Of a stretch of DNA of 64,000 nucleotides, positions 29,637-39,213 are shown one piece after another (positions within the stretch are counted from its first letter, which is position 1; each line of letters opens with the position of its first letter). The stretch lies in the NCBI GenBank assembly GCA_963783905.1, contig CAWAPG010000006.1, forward strand, positions 23,771 to 87,770, in the 5' to 3' direction. Source of the stretch: an uncultured delta proteobacterium (GTDB lineage Bacteria > Desulfobacterota > Desulfobulbia > Desulfobulbales > BM004). The translations under genes and the position numbers were made by a program. A model generated the notes under the pieces. The model searched no databases, was not told the DNA's origin, and worked only from the letters and a program-made list of their open reading frames with translations.

Positions 29637-31487
29637 TTATTCCACCGTAACGCTTTTGGCCAGATTCCTGGGCTGATCAACGTCGCAGCCGCGCAGGGTG
29701 GCGATTTCATATGCCAGCAGCTGGGCCGGGATGGTGAAGAGAATGGGGTTTAATTCCGGCATCATGGTCGGTGCTTTGGGCATATACAACACATGGTCGG
29801 TAATTTTTTTCAACTGCCTGTCGCCTTTGGAGCCGATGAGAATGAGCTGTCCCTGCCGGGCGCTGATCTCTTCAATATTGGAAATGGATTTTTCATAGAC
29901 ATTGTCCTTGGGCACCAGGCCGACGATCGGCATATCCTTGTCTATGAGGGCAATGGGGCCGTGCTTTAATTCACCGGCCGCATAACCCTCGGCATGGATG
30001 TATGATATTTCTTTCAGCTTCAAGGCGCCCTCCAGGGCGATGGGGAAATTCAGTCCCCTGCCGACAAAGAGAAAATTGCGGCTGTCGTAAAAGCGTTCGG
30101 CCACGACCTGTATCTTTTTTTGCAGGGCGGGTAGATTTTCTTCCAGAAGCGGCGGCAGCCCGATAATGGCCTGCCCCAGCTGCCTGACCTTTTCCGGCGG
30201 CAGCGTTCCCCGCAGCTGGCCCAGATAGGACCCGATGAGAAACAGGGCCGCCAGCTGGCTGGTAAATGCCTTGGTCGAGGCCACCCCGATCTCGGGGCCG
30301 GCATGGGTGTAGATGGTGGCATCGGCCTCCCTGGTCATGGTGCTCCCCACCACGTTGCAAATGGTGAGAACCCGGGAGCCAAGCTGCGAAGCCAACCGCA
30401 TTCCTGCCAGGGTGTCCGCCGTTTCCCCGGATTGGGAAATGGCCAGGGTGAGGACTTTCTTGTCCAGCAGAAGCTTGCGGTAACGGAACTCGGAAGCAAT
30501 ATCAACCTCGACCGGGATGCCGACCCAGTCCTCAAACCAGTATTTGGCCACCAGGGCTGCATGCCATGAAGTGCCGCAGGCGACCAGGGCGATGCGTTCC
30601 AGGTTCTTGAGTTCATTTGCCGGCATGGTAATCTCAGGCAGCTCCACTCTGCCGCTCTGTGGATCGATTCGGCCGCGCAGGGTGTTGACCAGGGCCTGGG
30701 GCTGCTCGTAGATTTCCTTCAGCATAAAGTGCTTGAACCCGGTCTTTTCCGCCATGCCGGCATTCCAGGTAATGGTCTGCACCTCTTTTTTGACCTTGCG
30801 GCCGTTATCGAGATTGCGCACCTCCCAGCTGTCGGCGGTAAGAACGGCAATCTCCCTGTCCTCGAGATAAACAACCTTTCTGGTGTATGGCAGAAGGGCC
30901 GGAACATCGGAGGCCAGCAGGGTGCCGTCGCTGTTGTTGACTCCCAGAACGAGCGGGCTGTGGTTCCTGGCCGCCACCATGATATCCGGCTGTCCACTCC
31001 AGAGGATGCCGACGGCGAATGAGCCTTTGACCCGTTTCAGCGCCTTTCTCGCCGCCCCCAACAGATCCTGATCCAGGTACTCTTCAATGAGATGGGCCAA
31101 AACCTCGGTATCGGTTTCTGAGCGGAAGGTATGTCCTTTTTTAGTGAGTTCCGCCCGCAGAGTCTGATAGTTTTCGATAATACCGTTATGGACCACCACC
31201 AGATCATCCCGGCAGTCGCCATGGGGATGGGCATTTTCCGTGGTCGGCGCCCCATGGGTAGCCCAGCGGGTATGCCCAAGACCCATATTGCTTTCAACCC
31301 CGAGGACTTCTTCTGTAAGTTTTGCCAGGTTGCTGAGCTTTCCCTGGGCCCGGTGCTTTACCAACCTGCCGTTCTGCAGGTAGACCAGGCCGGCGGAATC
31401 GTAGCCCCGGTACTCAAGCTTTTTAAGTCCTTCCAGGAGGATGGGAACTACCTTCCTGGTTCCGATATAACCAACTATGCCGCACAT
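29637..31487 (-). CDS. glmS: Glutamine--fructose-6-phosphate aminotransferase
   Basis: MCGIVGYIG Ntn start. Two SIS domains. C-terminal ...NLAKSVTVE. Confidence 0.95.
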   Translation of the reverse strand: MCGIVGYIGTRKVVPILLEGLKKLEYRGYDSAGLVYLQNGRLVKHRAQGKLSNLAKLTEEVLGVESNMGLGHTRWATHGAPTTENAHPHGDCRDDLVVVHNGIIENYQTLRAELTKKGHTFRSETDTEVLAHLIEEYLDQDLLGAARKALKRVKGSFAVGILWSGQPDIMVAARNHSPLVLGVNNSDGTLLASDVPALLPYTRKVVYLEDREIAVLTADSWEVRNLDNGRKVKKEVQTITWNAGMAEKTGFKHFMLKEIYEQPQALVNTLRGRIDPQSGRVELPEITMPANELKNLERIALVACGTSWHAALVAKYWFEDWVGIPVEVDIASEFRYRKLLLDKKVLTLAISQSGETADTLAGMRLASQLGSRVLTICNVVGSTMTREADATIYTHAGPEIGVASTKAFTSQLAALFLIGSYLGQLRGTLPPEKVRQLGQAIIGLPPLLEENLPALQKKIQVVAERFYDSRNFLFVGRGLNFPIALEGALKLKEISYIHAEGYAAGELKHGPIALIDKDMPIVGLVPKDNVYEKSISNIEEISARQGQLILIGSKGDRQLKKITDHVLYMPKAPTMMPELNPILFTIPAQLLAYEIATLRGCDVDQPRNLAKSVTVE

Positions 31488-31798
31488 ATTTTCTCCAAAA
31501 GCAAGGGTGATTAAACAATTATAAGGTCAGAAGGGAAATATCAAATAAACCGTTTTATACTCTTCAATAACAGGTGCGGGACCTGTCCGTCGAGTATTTT
31601 TGCAAAAACGACAAATCTACCGGACAAACCGGCTGATTACGAGTTTTTTCTTTTCTCCCGGGGAAAAAGGTTGTAATTGTTTATCTTTTCAGGCAGAAAA
31701 AATGGGTGAAAAGTAAACCCGATCTTCGGGTGAAATAAACCGGACTTTCGCACCGGCCCAAAAAGGATCGTCAGGTTTATAAAACAGAGGGGACCAGT

Positions 31799-32368
31799 AT
31801 GTATAAAGACCTGCAGCAGATGCGGCAGCGGCTCAAAGAACTGCTGCTTAAAAAATCTTATCGCCAGGGCAGGATTAAGCTTACCTCCGGCAAGGAGTCT
31901 GATTTTTATATTGACGGCAAACAGACAACCCTTGATCCGGAAGGCGCCTATCTTTGCGGTGTGCTCCTGTATGATTTGATCGGTTCCAGCGGCGTCGATA
32001 TCAACGGGGTGGGCGGCATGACCCTGGGAGCCGATCCGCTGGTTACCGCAGTTTCAATCGTGAGCTACCTGGAGCAGGGGCCACTGCCGGCCTTTATCGT
32101 CAGAAAAGAACCAAAATCCCACGGCACGGAAAACTATATCGAAGGCAAGGGAAACCTGCCTGCCGGAGCCCGGGTGGCACTGCTTGAGGATGTGGTCACC
32201 ACCGGGGGCACGCTGCTGCAGGTCATCGAGCGGGTGCAGTCCCAGGGGTTTGAGGTCGGTCTGATCGCCACCGTTGTTGACCGCCAGGAAGGCGGCGTCG
32301 AAGCCCTGGCGGCAAAAGGGTATGCACTGCTTTCCGTATTTACCAGGGAGGAGTTGCTGGCCCCATAG
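31799..32368 (+). CDS. pyrE: Orotate phosphoribosyltransferase
   Basis: SGKESDFYIDGK and the PRPP-binding loop ALLEDVVTTGGTL. Confidence 0.9.
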   Translation: MYKDLQQMRQRLKELLLKKSYRQGRIKLTSGKESDFYIDGKQTTLDPEGAYLCGVLLYDLIGSSGVDINGVGGMTLGADPLVTAVSIVSYLEQGPLPAFIVRKEPKSHGTENYIEGKGNLPAGARVALLEDVVTTGGTLLQVIERVQSQGFEVGLIATVVDRQEGGVEALAAKGYALLSVFTREELLAP

Positions 32369-32409
32369 AGCAGCATGTGATGATAACCAGTTAATGGAAA
32401 CAAGCCGGA

Positions 32410-32580
32410 ATGAAATGCAAAAAATGTAAAGGGAAGCTCGAGATTCTGCGCATGTGCCGGAAAATCCGTATGCAGTGCAAAAAATGCGGCCGGGAGTATC
32501 AGATCCACGAGGTTGCCGACCAGCTTGATCCTGAAACGGAAGATCTTCTGGATCGGTATAACACCATAATTTATGATTAA
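32410..32580 (+). CDS. Small dual-CXXC zinc-ribbon protein (56 aa)
   Basis: Below the 60-aa cutoff of the ORF track. My translation: MKCKKCKGKLEILRMCRKIRMQCKKCGREYQIHEVADQLDPETEDLLDRYNTIIYD. Two CxxC pairs. It fills the pyrE-ferredoxin gap exactly. Confidence 0.5.
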   Translation: MKCKKCKGKLEILRMCRKIRMQCKKCGREYQIHEVADQLDPETEDLLDRYNTIIYD

Positions 32581-32599
32581 TCCGTAACAGATAAATACG

Positions 32600-32791
32600 A
32601 TGAAGGTGCCTGATATTGATATCGGGGCATGCACAATCTGCCTGGGCTGCGTCGAAACCTGTCCGGAGGTATTCCGTTACAATGATGCCGGATACATAGA
32701 AATAATCGAACTGGACCACTATTCTGAAAAAGAGGTCGATGAGGCAATCATGTTCTGCCCGGAGGACTGCATTTCCTGGCGGGAAGAATGA
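32600..32791 (+). CDS. Small single-cluster ferredoxin
   Basis: 63 aa. CTICLGCVETCP ... CPEDC is the cysteine pattern of small [4Fe-4S]/[3Fe-4S] ferredoxins. Confidence 0.7.
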   Translation: MKVPDIDIGACTICLGCVETCPEVFRYNDAGYIEIIELDHYSEKEVDEAIMFCPEDCISWREE

Positions 32792-32841
32792 TAAACAACA
32801 GACGGGCTGAACTGTCATCCCGTTTTCTTCATCAGGGTTTC

Positions 32842-33204
32842 ATGGCAATAAGAAGCGGTAAAGGGTTAGGGCGGCTGTATCGGGCATTCAACTGGTCAAT
32901 GTCGGGTCTGAAGGCCGTCTTTATAAACGAAGCCGCCTTTCGTCAGGAGCTCTTACTCTGTGTCATTCTGGTTATCCCGGCCTTTTATTTCGGCAAAACC
33001 GGAGTTGAAAGAGCACTGCTGCTGGGAAGCCTGCTGCTTATTCTTATTGTTGAGCTCCTCAACAGTGCCGTTGAGGCAACGGTTGACAGGATCGGCGCCG
33101 AAGAGCATGACCTGGCAGGGCGGGCCAAGGATATGGGTTCGGCCGCAGTGCTGCTGTCCCTGGTTAATGCGGCGGTGGTCTGGCTGCTGGTAATCGTAAC
33201 CTGA
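32842..33204 (+). CDS. dgkA: Diacylglycerol kinase
   Basis: NEAAFRQE, VELLNSAVEATVDRIG and AKDMGSAAV are DgkA motifs. ATG 32842 gives the usual ~120 aa. ATG 32788 (ATGA overlap with the ferredoxin stop) is an alternative start. Confidence 0.85.
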   Translation: MAIRSGKGLGRLYRAFNWSMSGLKAVFINEAAFRQELLLCVILVIPAFYFGKTGVERALLLGSLLLILIVELLNSAVEATVDRIGAEEHDLAGRAKDMGSAAVLLSLVNAAVVWLLVIVT

Positions 33205-33236
33205 GGGTGGAAGCCCGGCCGGCCGGAAAGTACGGC

Positions 33237-34982
33237 TCAGTGAACGGATAGTTGACCGGCTAAATTCTCCAGATTCCCAAGGCTGTTGATAATTTTTGCG
33301 GCCGCATCAAAAAAGGGCCCAAAAGTCTTGGCATCGAGCGCACTTAAGGCAACTGCTCCGTATTCCCGGCATTGCTTTTTGACAAATTCCGGCGCTGCCA
33401 GATCGGTCTTGTTCAATACCCTGAGACAGGGAATTCTGTCCAGTTCCAGTTCCCGCAGCTGGTTATCCACCACGTCAATCTGGTCGGCAAACCTGGGGTT
33501 GCTGACATCAATGACATGGACCAGCATGTCCGCCTCATAGAGTTCCTCCAGGGTCGCCTTAAATGCCTGCAGCAATTCGGCGGGCAGGTTACGGATAAAA
33601 CCCACGGTGTCGGTGATTACCACCTCCAGATCCCTGGGAAAGCGAAGACGGCGGCTGGTGGGATCCAGGGTGGCAAAGAGCTTGTTTTCAGCCGTAATTT
33701 TGCTTTCGGTAAGGGTATTCAACAGGGTTGATTTGCCGGCATTGGTATACCCGACAAGCGAGATGACCGGTATTCCCTTTTTGCGGCGGCGTGATCTCCG
33801 GTGAAACCGCTCCCGGCTGACCTTGTTTAACTTTTTTGCCAGCAGGGCGATCCGGTCATTGATCCGCCTGCGGTCTATTTCCAGCCTGGTCTCACCCGGG
33901 CCGCGGCCGCCGATTCCACCGGTCAGGCGGGAGAGGGCGTCATCTCTTCTGGTGAGACGCGGCAGCATGTATTTGAGCTGGGCCATTTCAATCTGCAGCC
34001 TCCCTTCACGGCTAAGAGCCCTCCTGGCAAAAATATCCAATATAAGCTGGGTGCGGTCAATGATCCGCAGTTCCGTGTGATCGGTTATGGAACGGATCTG
34101 GGATGGGTTGAGCTCCTGGTCGAAGAGAAGGAGGTTGGCATTCTGGCGCAGGGCCGCAAGCATGATTTCACCCAGCTTGCCTTTGCCGAGAATATATTTG
34201 GGATTAATTTTGGAACGCTGCTGTATAACCCGGTCCAGAACGACGACATCGTCGGACCTGGCAAGTTCAGCCAGTTCGTCCATGGATTCCCGGGCGGAAG
34301 TGCGGCCCCGGAACCTGGACGGAGTAATAACGCTTATCAGGATGGCCCGGTCTTTGCCTCGGTCAACCTTGCGGATGGGCTGCAGCCGGGCAAATTCATC
34401 TTCCAGGGCGGTGATGAGTTCATCAACGCCGAAGTTCTGCTGTCCCGGCGCCATGGGCTCCAGAAAGGTCCAGTTTTTACCCTCCCGGGGAGAAGGGACC
34501 AGATGGGCGCAGTAAAGTTTTTCCGGTTCACCGTCGGGCCGGACCTTGATTATGCCCATCAGATCAAGGCGGAGAAACAAAAGATCGGCAAGATCGTCTT
34601 CTGTAAGGTTTTCACCGGCCAGATGGGTATGTATACAGCGCAGGCCCTTGAGACGGCCGCCGGCCGACCTGATGCCGGAGAGGGCGGGAATAACGATCTG
34701 CCTGGCATCACCGACAATGACCATATCGACCTGGCCTGACCGGTCAATCAGCAGCCCGACCTGGCGGCCGGTTTCATGTGAAATTTCGGCCATGGCCCGG
34801 GCCATTTCGTGACTGACAATGAGGTCCGGTGCCATGCGTTTTTTGCCCAGACGCTCAAGACGTTTGAGTTGTGCGGTTTTCAATCCGCCGATGTTGCCGA
34901 CCAGCTTACTGATTTTGTTTCTCCCGAAGTATGCGTTTATCGCCCACGCGCATGGTAACCCTTGTTTTGTCAAAATATTCAA
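33237..34982 (-). CDS. hflX: GTPase HflX (long N-terminal form)
   Basis: HflX N-domain, then G domain ISLVGYTNAGKSTLLN and DTVGFI. The only upstream ATG (34982) overlaps the selB 3' end by 77 nt. ATG 34835 is an alternative start. Confidence 0.85.
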   Translation of the reverse strand: MNILTKQGLPCAWAINAYFGRNKISKLVGNIGGLKTAQLKRLERLGKKRMAPDLIVSHEMARAMAEISHETGRQVGLLIDRSGQVDMVIVGDARQIVIPALSGIRSAGGRLKGLRCIHTHLAGENLTEDDLADLLFLRLDLMGIIKVRPDGEPEKLYCAHLVPSPREGKNWTFLEPMAPGQQNFGVDELITALEDEFARLQPIRKVDRGKDRAILISVITPSRFRGRTSARESMDELAELARSDDVVVLDRVIQQRSKINPKYILGKGKLGEIMLAALRQNANLLLFDQELNPSQIRSITDHTELRIIDRTQLILDIFARRALSREGRLQIEMAQLKYMLPRLTRRDDALSRLTGGIGGRGPGETRLEIDRRRINDRIALLAKKLNKVSRERFHRRSRRRKKGIPVISLVGYTNAGKSTLLNTLTESKITAENKLFATLDPTSRRLRFPRDLEVVITDTVGFIRNLPAELLQAFKATLEELYEADMLVHVIDVSNPRFADQIDVVDNQLRELELDRIPCLRVLNKTDLAAPEFVKKQCREYGAVALSALDAKTFGPFFDAAAKIINSLGNLENLAGQLSVH

Positions 34983-36828
34983 GCAGCGGGATGGTGAACT
35001 TTCTGGAAAGACCGGTCAGATCCTTAAAGCCAGGTGTATCAATTTCTCCCTGTTTAACCAGGAGGGTTACCAGTTTTTGCTTGAGACTGTCCATGGCAGG
35101 CTTATAAAAGTATAGATCTTCCGTGACCTTGGTCAGGACGTCATCCCGAACCATGACTGCCAGAACCTCTTTGAGCAGGGTTTGCGGATACTCCGCCAGT
35201 TTTGCCTTGACCTCCTTGATGGTCGGCGGCGCCAGATCCGCCTGCCGGTAATATTCTTCAAGCTCCCGCCGCAGGTTTTTTTCATCCTCCTTCAGGGAAA
35301 CCTTGTGGTCGGAGAGGCGGATCAATCCCTGGTCCTGGACTATTTCCCCCTTTTTTTGCAGATCATTTAATAAAAACTGCAAAAGGCGCTGGTCAAGTCC
35401 CCGGTAAAGCAGGGAACGGAGTTCTTCTTTGGGTACCCCTGTTTTCAGCGGATTATCCCGGTGATAGGCGCCAAGGGCCGCACGGAGTTTTGCCGCCAGT
35501 TTTTCATATACCCTGGAGGAGACCATGCGCTGTTTTTCCTGCTCGACCAGGATGATTTTTCTCGATGACAGGGGCTGCTGTATGATCTTTTTGAGACGGT
35601 TGCCGAAAATCCCCATCTTGACTGCAAGCCGGTCAAAGGTGAGGCCGTTGTAGCCGCTTTCTTCAATGTGAAGGAGGGCCAGCTCTTCCGGGTTGTTTTG
35701 CCGGTAGACTGAAAAAATTTCCCGGTTTTTCTCCCGGAACCGTTTTCTTTTCCTGGGTGAGCCGTTCAAGACTATGCCGCCGCCGATGGTGTGGATGGGG
35801 GAATAGCTGCGGATTACGTATTTGTCGCCGGGCCAGCAGCTGACCCGCTCTTCCAGCAGGATCTGCACATCGGTTTCGGAACCCGGCTCCATTTCTTCGG
35901 CATGGAGTAGAACGATGCGTCCCATGATCTCTGCCGTGCCGATGTGGACCCTTATCCGGGCCCGATTTTTATAGTTCTTTTTTGCCGACTCCAGGTAGAA
36001 AAAACGGGCATCAAGCAGGTAGGACGGCTGCAGACAATCCACCGAAGCAGCCATTTCGCCGCGGCTGACAGCCTCTTTTTCCAGGCCCTGGATATTAATG
36101 GCCGTTCTGTGGCCGGCTTCCGCCTCCGGCGTTTCTTTGCCGTGTACCTGCATCCCCCTGATTTTGCCTGTTTTGCGGCTGGGATAGAACATCAGGTCTT
36201 CACCGGTCTTTATGCGGCCGGATATGGCTGTGCCGGTTATGACCGTGCCAAAGCCCTTCATGGAAAACACCCGGTCAACCGGCATGCGGAAAGGACCGTA
36301 GGCCTCGGAAAAATCCGATGCCGCCACGAGGGAATCAAGGGTATCCCTGACCGTTTCGATGCCTTCTCCCGTGGTGGAGGACACCGTAAGCAGGGGGGCC
36401 TCCTCCAGGAATGAACCGGCAAAATAGGTTCTGACATCATCGATTACCAGTTCGAGCCACTCCGGATCCACCATGTCTTTTTTGGTGATGATAATAAGAC
36501 CGCGCCGGATGCCGAGCAGCCGGCAGATCTCGAAATGCTCCCTGGTCTGGGGCATGATGCCCTCGTCGGCGGCAATAATGAAGGCGACCAGGTCCATCCC
36601 GGATGCACCCGCTACCATGTTCTTGACGAATTTTTCATGTCCCGGGACATCAACAATCCCGAGCCGATGGCCGCAGGGCAGGTCAAGATAGGCAAAACCC
36701 AGTTCAATGGTAATGCCCCGCTCTTTTTCCTCCTTGAGCCGATCGGTATCGATGCCGGTCAGGGCCCGGATAAGGCTGGTTTTGCCGTGATCAACATGGC
36801 CGGCGGTCCCGAGAATAACCTCACGCAC
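34906..36828 (-). CDS. selB: Selenocysteine-specific translation elongation factor
   Basis: [42 protein letters not shown]-domain plus C-terminal winged-helix repeats. 640 aa. Confidence 0.9.
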   Translation of the reverse strand: MREVILGTAGHVDHGKTSLIRALTGIDTDRLKEEKERGITIELGFAYLDLPCGHRLGIVDVPGHEKFVKNMVAGASGMDLVAFIIAADEGIMPQTREHFEICRLLGIRRGLIIITKKDMVDPEWLELVIDDVRTYFAGSFLEEAPLLTVSSTTGEGIETVRDTLDSLVAASDFSEAYGPFRMPVDRVFSMKGFGTVITGTAISGRIKTGEDLMFYPSRKTGKIRGMQVHGKETPEAEAGHRTAINIQGLEKEAVSRGEMAASVDCLQPSYLLDARFFYLESAKKNYKNRARIRVHIGTAEIMGRIVLLHAEEMEPGSETDVQILLEERVSCWPGDKYVIRSYSPIHTIGGGIVLNGSPRKRKRFREKNREIFSVYRQNNPEELALLHIEESGYNGLTFDRLAVKMGIFGNRLKKIIQQPLSSRKIILVEQEKQRMVSSRVYEKLAAKLRAALGAYHRDNPLKTGVPKEELRSLLYRGLDQRLLQFLLNDLQKKGEIVQDQGLIRLSDHKVSLKEDEKNLRRELEEYYRQADLAPPTIKEVKAKLAEYPQTLLKEVLAVMVRDDVLTKVTEDLYFYKPAMDSLKQKLVTLLVKQGEIDTPGFKDLTGLSRKFTIPLLEYFDKTRVTMRVGDKRILREKQNQ

Positions 36829-36831
36829 CTG

Positions 36832-37470
36832 TTACCAGCCCCCGGTAAGAAAGGGATTTTCGGCTTTCTCCCGGGCAAGGGTGGAATGTTCCCCGCCATA
36901 CCCGTGTCCCGGCCAGACAATGGTGTCAGGGGGCAGCACCAGGAGCCGCGTTTTTATGGATTGCAGCAGTTCACCGGTGGAGCCGCCGGGGAAATCGGTG
37001 CGGCCGACGCCTCCGGCAAACAGGGTGTCGCCGCTGAACAGATTGGGTTTGGAATAGAGGCACATGCCGCCGGGAGTATGGCCCGGGGTATGGATGACCG
37101 TCAGCTTTTCATTGCCGAAGCTGATAATGTCGCCGTCAACCACGCGTTTGTCGGCAGGAGGTGAAGGAGGCAGACCGAGCTGGGAAAAGAACTGTTCAAC
37201 CCGTTCCTGTTCAAAAAAATCGGCATCAGCCGTATGCATTACTATGTCGGCCCCGGTGCTGTCCTTAAGACGTTTGTTGCCGCAGACATGATCCGGATGT
37301 CCATGGGTGTTGATGATATATTTAACGGTTAGATTCTCCTGGCGGCAGGCGGAGAGGATGTCATCCTCGTCGCCTCCCGGGTCGATAATCACCGCCTCTT
37401 TGCTTTCCGGGCAGGCCGCGATATAGCAGCAGACCCCCATCATGCCGACCGTCATCTGTTTAATGCGCAT
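36832..37470 (-). CDS. MBL-fold metallo-hydrolase (glyoxalase II-like)
   Basis: NTHGHPDHVCGN metal motif. ~210 aa. Confidence 0.8.
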   Translation of the reverse strand: MRIKQMTVGMMGVCCYIAACPESKEAVIIDPGGDEDDILSACRQENLTVKYIINTHGHPDHVCGNKRLKDSTGADIVMHTADADFFEQERVEQFFSQLGLPPSPPADKRVVDGDIISFGNEKLTVIHTPGHTPGGMCLYSKPNLFSGDTLFAGGVGRTDFPGGSTGELLQSIKTRLLVLPPDTIVWPGHGYGGEHSTLAREKAENPFLTGGW

Positions 37471-37479
37471 CCTTCCTCC

Positions 37480-38385
37480 CTATGATTGTGCCGGCGCTTG
37501 CTTTTTTGCCGGCAGTTCTTTTACCACGTTGTCAATAACCTCGTCAAAGGCCCTGGCTGCAAGAGAATCGGCCCCGGAAGAAAGATAGGGTCTGCCGGTA
37601 TCTCCTCCTGCAACCACTTTTGGATCCATGGGCACTTTGCCCAGAAACGGCAGATGAAATTCCAGGGCCGTCTTCCTGCCGCCGCCGGTGCCGAAGATAT
37701 CCACCGGCTGATCACAGTGCGGACAAATAAAGCCGCTCATGTTTTCAACGATTCCGAGGATTTTGATATTGACATGGCGGCAGAAGTTAATGGACTTGCG
37801 GACATCGGCCAGGGCAACCTCCTGCGGCGTTGTAACCACCAGGGCCTGGACGTCCTTGATGGTCTGGGCCACGGAAAGCGGTTCGTCGCCGGTGCCGGGA
37901 GGGGCGTCAATAACCAGATAATCCAGGGGCCCCCAGTCAATTTCAGCGATAAACTGCCTGATCGCCTGGATCTTGAGCGGACCCCGCCAGATGATGGCCT
38001 CGTCGCGGTTATCCATCATGTATTCCAGCGACATGATTTTCAGCTTGTCATTGTATTTCATCGGGGGCACCAGGGAGGTTTTTTCCTCCCTGGACCGCTG
38101 CAGTTTTTCGGTCAGATTAAGCATGCGGCAGATATCTGGACCATGGAGGTCTACATCCAGCAGTCCGACCTGATATCCCCTGTTGGCTAGACCCATGGCC
38201 AGGTTTGTCGCTACGGTGGACTTGCCAACCCCGCCTTTACCGCTCATGACAAGAATTTTATGTTTAATTTTCGCCAATGCTGACTTTATGGCAATGTCCT
38301 GAACCGCCCTGGCGGTTTTTATGGTGCCGCAGGTTCCTGTTTGGTCCCCGGTTTTGCTTGGACATGTTTTGCAGGCATCTGACAT
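37480..38385 (-). CDS. Mrp/NBP35 (ApbC-like) iron-sulfur cluster carrier ATPase
   Basis: Deviant Walker A SGKGGVGKSTVA. CPHC motif. Cys-rich N-terminus. Confidence 0.85.
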   Translation of the reverse strand: MSDACKTCPSKTGDQTGTCGTIKTARAVQDIAIKSALAKIKHKILVMSGKGGVGKSTVATNLAMGLANRGYQVGLLDVDLHGPDICRMLNLTEKLQRSREEKTSLVPPMKYNDKLKIMSLEYMMDNRDEAIIWRGPLKIQAIRQFIAEIDWGPLDYLVIDAPPGTGDEPLSVAQTIKDVQALVVTTPQEVALADVRKSINFCRHVNIKILGIVENMSGFICPHCDQPVDIFGTGGGRKTALEFHLPFLGKVPMDPKVVAGGDTGRPYLSSGADSLAARAFDEVIDNVVKELPAKKQAPAQS

Positions 38386-38702
38386 GATTATTGCCCTCCT
38401 CGGAAAATAACTTGTTAGGAATTAGGTGTACTTATATACTGTAATGCTTAAAGTTTTAAAAGCGAATAAGAAATAGTTTTTGCATTTCCGCCGGGGATTG
38501 CCGGCAGTGCGAAAGTATGATGCGAACCGGAACGGCGCGGTAATATTTTATGGTATTGTCAGGAATGCTGCCGAGTCCGTCAGGCCGGACATGAGAAATG
38601 AAGAATTTCTCCTTGCGTAGTTTTTCGGATTTTAGATAAAGTGATCCTCAAATATATCGAGGTGACAAGGAGAGATACGGTTTTTCTCCGGAAGACTTTT
38701 CA

Positions 38703-38719
38703 GGATACCCCTGGTATCC
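38703..38719. promoter_or_regulatory. Perfect inverted repeat GGATACC-CCT-GGTATCC 33 nt upstream of the hsp20 ATG. It overlaps a sigma54-like TGGTAT-N8-GCA motif (38711-38726).
   Basis: Read directly from the sequence. The GG to GC spacing (12 nt) equals that of the TGGCAC-N5-TTGC consensus, but the -12 element is GGGCA rather than TTGCA. Confidence 0.3.
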
Positions 38720-38751
38720 AAGGGGCATTATTTTTAAGGCAGGTGAATGTG

Positions 38752-39177
38752 ATGGATGATTTTGATAGAAGAATACTGGATGAATTCAAGGAACTGGAAA
38801 GACAGATGGGCAGGATGCTGAGAAGCAGTTCCCTGTCGCGGATGATGCCCTTGAGCTCCAGCGATGGGTGGCAGCCGGCGGTCGATGTCTATGAAACAAC
38901 GGATAATATAGTTATCCTCATGGATACGGCCGGCATGGATTTGAATAATCTGGCCATAACCGCTGAAAATAAGCGGATCACCGTCGAAGGCAGAAGGAAT
39001 CTGCCCAAGCGCGGCAATGTCTGCTGTATTCACCAGCTGGAGATTGAAATGGGATATTTCAAAAGGGTGATTTCCTTCCCGGTCGCCGTCAAGTTTGACC
39101 AGCCTGCCTTCAGCTGCAAGGACGGGATCCTGGAAATCAGGCTGCCGAAGGAAACGAAAAGCTGTTCCGCTCCTTAA
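38752..39177 (+). CDS. Hsp20/alpha-crystallin small heat-shock protein
   Basis: Alpha-crystallin core WQPAVDVYETTDNIVILMDTAGMD ... GILEIRLPK. Start trimmed to ATG 38752, because the ORF-track start (38641) adds a non-homologous extension. Confidence 0.8.
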   Translation: MDDFDRRILDEFKELERQMGRMLRSSSLSRMMPLSSSDGWQPAVDVYETTDNIVILMDTAGMDLNNLAITAENKRITVEGRRNLPKRGNVCCIHQLEIEMGYFKRVISFPVAVKFDQPAFSCKDGILEIRLPKETKSCSAP

Positions 39178-39213
39178 CCTCAACCTCCAAATATAAAAGG
39201 ATATTATAGAGTA

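Noticed and set aside
31488-31798. Possible glmS ribozyme or other riboswitch upstream of glmS
   Set aside because: I could not find the conserved glmS ribozyme core by eye, and that ribozyme is essentially a Gram-positive feature. The spacer looks like an ordinary divergent promoter region shared with pyrE.
38641-38751. N-terminal 37-aa extension of hsp20 suggested by the ORF track
   Set aside because: The extension starts at GTG without an RBS and has no similarity to small HSPs. ATG 38752 is preceded by a purine-rich RBS and gives the usual ~140-aa size.
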